DNA of 64,000 nucleotides from Eledone cirrhosa. Lineage: Eukaryota. Below are positions 58,799 through 64,000 of the stretch, one piece after another. The stretch spans positions 806,001 to 870,000 of the forward strand of contig OZ024760.1 of NCBI GenBank assembly GCA_964016885.1, in the 5' to 3' direction. Position numbers and translations under genes: made by a program. Each line of letters starts with the position of its first letter. Position 1 is the first letter of the stretch. Below the pieces are notes generated by a model. That model made no database searches. It was not told where the DNA came from and worked only from the letters and a program-made list of their open reading frames with translations.

Positions 58799-59234
58799 TG
58801 TAACTGTAGATCAAATAGAACCTGCCCTTTAGATAAAAAAAATGCTTAATCAAGGATATCATATACTCATGCACAGTCACAACTATCAACTCTTCTGAAA
58901 CCTTTATAGGCTCTACTTCTAACTGCTTCAAAACTAGATACAATTCGCACCTCCACTCTTTCAAAAAACACAGTCTAGCCAACTCCACTTCACTATCTAG
59001 AAACTAAAAATACACTATCTAAAAACTAAAAATAAACCATATACACTTAAATGGGAAGTGATAGGTAATGCGACATCGTACAAACCACCTAATAAATTTT
59101 GTAACTTCTGTCTACTAGAGACCCATACTATCATCTTCTCTAACCATAACCTCCTTAATAAAAAATCCGAAGTGTTCGCGTCTTGCCAACACCGCTTCCG
59201 ACACTCTTTCCAAAACGTTAAACCCAATATATAA
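58799..59234 (+). pseudogene. GIY-YIG endonuclease remnant of a Penelope-like element (not in ORF track)
   Basis: Hand translation: CNCRSNRTCPLDKK/CLIKDIIYSCTVTTINSSETFIGSTSNCFKTRYNSHLHSFK...PYTLKWEVIGNATSYKPPNKFCNFCLLETHTIIFSNHNLLNKKSEVFASCQHRF. Frameshift in the A8 run at ~58835 and a disruption at ~59005. Confidence 0.88.
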
Positions 59235-60694
59235 CAATGTCAGACTTGAACCCGTCACCACCTCTAGCAACTAGCATCAGGGGCACACCTTACACCTCAT
59301 CTCCACACCCATTAATCCACTTTAACGCAAATAATGACACCCTCATAGTACCTTTTACCCTAGAGATATCCCCATGTACTTCTACTTTTGGTATATTGAC
59401 CTTGAATTACTTGGACTACATTGCACTAATATATAATTAATGTAAACTGTAGGCACTGAATTGGTTGTGCTAACATTGTCCTGTGCATGGAGTGCCACCA
59501 TAAGATAGATAGTAGATTAAGTAATTAATTTATTAAAAGGGCTATATATTCTATATGCTGAGTACAATGAATTATGTACAGGTGATATATGAGTTATGAG
59601 TATATGTATGGCTTGATGGCTAGATTAGTGTCTTTGCATGACAGAATTGATCTCTGGACCACCCTGGTGATATTTAACTTTGCCATGCATTCAGACATAC
59701 AATGACCCAGAGCTTACCGGGAGTCATATATAGTAATAAGACCCTGCCGGGTTCTGCGGATGGACTACACTTACAAAGATCATTGATTTGTAGAATGTTC
59801 GGTTGTGGCACTCCATGATAGAAGGTAATCAGCCTGATATGAACACCTTTAGTACTTCTTGATAGACTACACTGTAATTTATAGATAAGATACTTAAATT
59901 TAGAAATTGTTTATAACCTTATATGATAGGGACTCATTTGAAACACCATTAATGTACTTTAGGATAATAAATTTAACTATGAAAATCAGCTAGTTACCTC
60001 CCCTTACGCATTAACTCCCCTTAATCACACACACACTTCCGGAATATAATACAATGTCATCTCTCACAACAAAAACAACCTGATCTATGAATCGAATTAA
60101 GGAACGACAAGCTATGTTTTATAACATGATTCACCAGGCACCCAATGTTGAGTCATCGTGGATTGTGTGATAGACATGTAGTCTATAAATTGCGTTTCCT
60201 GGATTGTGTGAGTGGTGGTGGGTGCGAGGACAGTGGTGCTGTTTTGCTTCTCATTTGTAATATTTTTGATATTTTTGGTGTTTCTCTACAACGGGCTTAT
60301 ATATCGTACAGGTGTGTGTGAAAAATGCTTTAACAATACAGCCCCCATGATGCTATTGATTGCCTGCTTTAACTGCTTGTTTTGCATGTAACAATCTGCC
60401 GCACTATAATCCTGTATAAATAAAACACGCGTGCATGCCACACGTGAGACTGTTTCATACACTGACTACTCTAAACTTTCCTTTTGCTTTATCTTCATAA
60501 ACTGCCAATGTTTTATTTTAATTTTTATTTTAACTTTAATGTTGTCCTTTAACATGACTGTAACCTTTGTATGTAAATTGCCATGCTATATTATTATGAT
60601 GGATGTCATCCCACTGTGGGTCAATATATACATATGTTTTTATATGTCTCTTGTGTTGAAAAGGAGGTCAAGTATGTAAAAAATCACTAAATAG

Positions 60695-60743
60695 TTGCTC
60701 CGAAGAAACCAAACCTCGGTTTGGAGGAAACAATTGTAAGCAA
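60695..60743 (+). ncRNA. minimal type I hammerhead with CCGAAGA core variant (mirror copy on minus strand 58436-58484)
   Basis: TTGCT-CCGAAGA-AACCAAACCTCGGTTTGGAG-GAAA-CAATTG-TA-AGCAA. Confidence 0.8.
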
Positions 60744-60942
60744 ATAAATGATTGAAACTGAACTTTGATTCATGTAATTTCTATATAACTGCTCTGTAAA
60801 ACAACTGATGTTATTACATTGAGCTATTTATCTTACTGGTAATAAGATAGTAATGAATTACTGTCTTTCACTATTTAGAGTTTAAAATATATATAACCAT
60901 AAAAGGTTTTATTATATACATAACCATAAATAGTATCCTTAA

Positions 60943-61043
<101 letters not shown>

Positions 61044-61385
61044 GTAGAAAGGTAGCATACGAGTTGATATATATATATATAAACAAATAGTAGAAAGGAA
61101 AAAGATTTTTTCAGTAGAAAATGCTGCAGAGACGGATGGACAGACAAATTGACTTTCTTCTCTAATGGAACATACTCTTTTACTCTTTTACCCGTCTCAG
61201 CCATCCGGCTGAGGCCATGCTGGGGCACCACATGTATGTGAAAATTAATTTTTCTTCCCCTCTCTCTATATTTTTTTCGTTATTACCATTATTTTCACTA
61301 TTTGTACAAATATTCAACTTAACAATATTCTGCATATCCGCAATTGACAATGCATTTAATGCTGAAACCGGTATTGTAAATAAAT

Positions 61386-61562
61386 TAATTGTTTCTACTT
61401 TTGGCACAAGGCCAGCAATTACCCAGTACATTACTGGTACTTTATTTGATCGACCCCGTAAGGATGAAAGGCAAAGTTAACCTCGGCGGGATTTGAACTG
61501 AGACCGTAAAGGGACGTAACTATGCTGGAAAACATGGCGTCCGACTCTCTACTGATACTGCA
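61386..61562 (-). mobile_element. SINE family A
   Basis: Reverse complement of the 43982-44170 family. Confidence 0.85.
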
Positions 61563-61667
61563 AATTCAACGCCCTTTTTGTAAATAAATTAATGCTTTGA
61601 AATTTCACTAAAAAAATCTCTTCAACATTTTTTACTGAAAAAATCTTTTTCCTTTCTACTATTTGTT

Positions 61668-61753
<86 letters not shown>

Positions 61754-61776
61754 TATGTATGTATATATATATATAT

Positions 61777-62123
61777 ATAACACCTGCAACCCTGATGGTA
61801 TCCAATGATGTTGACTTGTTCTTCTTTTTGGTAAATATCATCTTGGTTAAGAGAGTGGGACTGGCTTTGTGCAGTGCCTTTGCTCACTATAAAAGCTTCA
61901 CAGCACAGGCATTGCTTTATATCTGCAGATCTCTGCACTTGTCGTCACATGGTACCATGGGCCCAGGACTATGTGTCAATAATTTTCACAAGTGTAGTGT
62001 TTGTACCAGAGTTTTTAAGTCGCTGGCTGGACTAAAAAGTCACACTCGTTCAGCGCATCGGTAGGGGTTCTCCTACATGGATATAAAGTAGTGGCCGTAC
62101 TCGAAAATGAGTTGGCAGCCACC
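61777..62123 (+). mobile_element. 5'-truncated copy of the RTE-derived non-autonomous element
   Basis: High similarity to ~44455-44806. Encodes a C2H2-like CSVCTRVFKSLAGLKSHTRSAH. (TA)n flanks. Confidence 0.8.
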
Positions 62124-62185
<62 letters not shown>

Positions 62186-62653
62186 CGTTTCTGAATTTGT
62201 TTAGCAAGATTATTTATCTGAAATCATGTGTTGAAACCGATATTGTTATACTTTGGGAGGGTCATATATAATTTAATGTAGGGAGGTATAGTTATAATTA
62301 CAAGATTATAATTACAAAACATCATTAATATCACCAACAATAACATCAACAACTGCATTGCCACTATTACAAACATCACTATCGACATCACCACCAAGAC
62401 TACCACAAACAACATCACCACCACCACCACAAACAACATCACCACCACCACTACCACAAACTACATCACCACCAACACTACTACCACAAATATCACCACC
62501 ACCACCACCACAACCACCACCAGCAACAGCAACAAAAATGCTGTAACTGCGATAAGAAATTTGAAATACAGTAAAAGATTTTGACAAGAAATTCTTCAAG
62601 TTGGGGTTTCGTGCGAGTTTTACAATTAGATTATATAGTAGGGTCTAGATAAT

Positions 62654-64000
62654 GTGGTGGTGGTGGTGGTGGTGTATGGTGGTGGTGTGGTGGTGGTGGT
62701 GTATGTTGGTGGTGGTGTATGGGGTGGTAGTGGTGTATGGTGGTGGCGGTGGTGGTGTATAGTGGTGGTGGTATATGATGGTGGTGGTGGTGTATAGTGG
62801 TGGTGGTGGTGGTGGTGGTGGTGTATGGTGGTGGTGTGGTGGTGGTGGTGGTGGTGGTGGTGTATGGTGGTGGTGTGGTGGTGGTGGTCTATGGGGGTGG
62901 TGGTGTATGGGGGTGGTAGTGGTGTATGGTGGTGGCGGTGGTGGTGTATAGTGGTGGTGGTATATGATGGTGGTGGTGGTGTATAGTGGTGGTGGTGGTG
63001 GTGGTGGTGGTGTATGGTGGTGGTGTGGTGGTGTATGTTGGTGGTGGTGTATGGGGTGGTAGTGGTGTATGGTGGTGGCGGTGGTGGTGTATAGTGGTGG
63101 TGGTATATGGTGGTGGTGGTGGTGGTGGTGGTGGTGGTGGTGGTGGTGGTGGTGTATGGTGGTGGTGTGGTGGTGGTGGTGTATGTTGGTGGTGGTGTAT
63201 GGTGGTGGCGGTGGTGGTGTATAGTGGTGGTGGTGTATGGTGGTGGTGGTGGTGTATAGTGGTGGTGGTGGTGGTGGTGTATGATGGTGGCGTATGGTGG
63301 TGGTGGTGGTGGTGGTGGTGGTGGTGGTGGTGTATAGTGGTGGTGGTGTATGGTGGTGGTGGTGGTGGTGGTGTGGCCTTGGGCGGTGTGTTGGGGGTGT
63401 GGGGTGTGGGTATGGGACCAACGTTTGATGATGGTGGTCTGGTGGTGATGGTGGGGTTGTGCTGGTTGTGGTGGTGGTGGTGGTAGTGTAGTCGTGGTGG
63501 TGGTTGTGGTGTAGCCTTGGGCGATGTGTTGGGGAGATAAGACCAACGTTTGATGATGTGTGGAGCGTCTTGAGGTGGTGGTGATGGTGGTGGTGCAGAT
63601 AAGTGTGGTGGTGTTGGTGGTGTAGTGGGTATAGGTGATGGTGGTGGTGGTGGTGGTGGTGGTGGTGGTCTGTGGTACAGCCTCGGGCGGTGTGTTGTGA
63701 GACCAGTTTTTGATGATGTGTGGGGCACCTTTATGTGGTGTTGGTGGTGTGTGGTAGTGTGTGTGAGGGCATCATTTGATGAGGTGTGGTGTGGCAGAAT
63801 TAGGTGGAATGGTGTAGTGGTGTGGTATGGAGGGCAGAGCTAGTCGGGGTGGTGTGGTGTGGTGGAGTGTGGAGTGGTCTGGCAGAATGAGGTGGCGTGG
63901 TGGTGTGGTGGTGTGGTGAAAGGGACAGAGTTAGTCGGATTGGTGTGTTGTGGTGTGTGGCAGAGTTATGTGGAGTGTGGAGTGGTGTGGTGTGGCAGAA
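62654..64000. repeat. (GGT)n-rich low-complexity repeat with GTAT interruptions
   Basis: Directly visible. Confidence 0.9.

Overview
AT-rich animal genomic DNA with no host protein-coding exon I can support. The window opens with GTAAGT, so it may be the start of a large intron. The SINE families and very dense (TA)n/(CA)n microsatellites suggest an octopus or other coleoid cephalopod (inference). Almost all listed ORFs are microsatellite translations. Real coding remnants: an RTE LINE with an inverted 5' half (13.7-17.0 kb), a 5'-truncated CR1/L2-group LINE (36.9-39.3 kb), an RTE 3' fragment internally amplified into a 122-bp satellite (31.9-34.7 kb), and a Penelope-like GIY-YIG endonuclease remnant resembling the Naiad type (58.8-59.2 kb). 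Main finding: more than ten sequence-divergent short non-coding inserts sit inside (TA)n tracts. They form palindromes, inverted repeats or partial tandems, many carry type I hammerhead ribozymes (two with a >100-nt stem II), and they share a TTGAG-Y motif about 53-86 nt from their 3' ends. This looks like a community of non-autonomous, ribozyme-bearing Penelope-like elements. All alignments and folds were done by eye.
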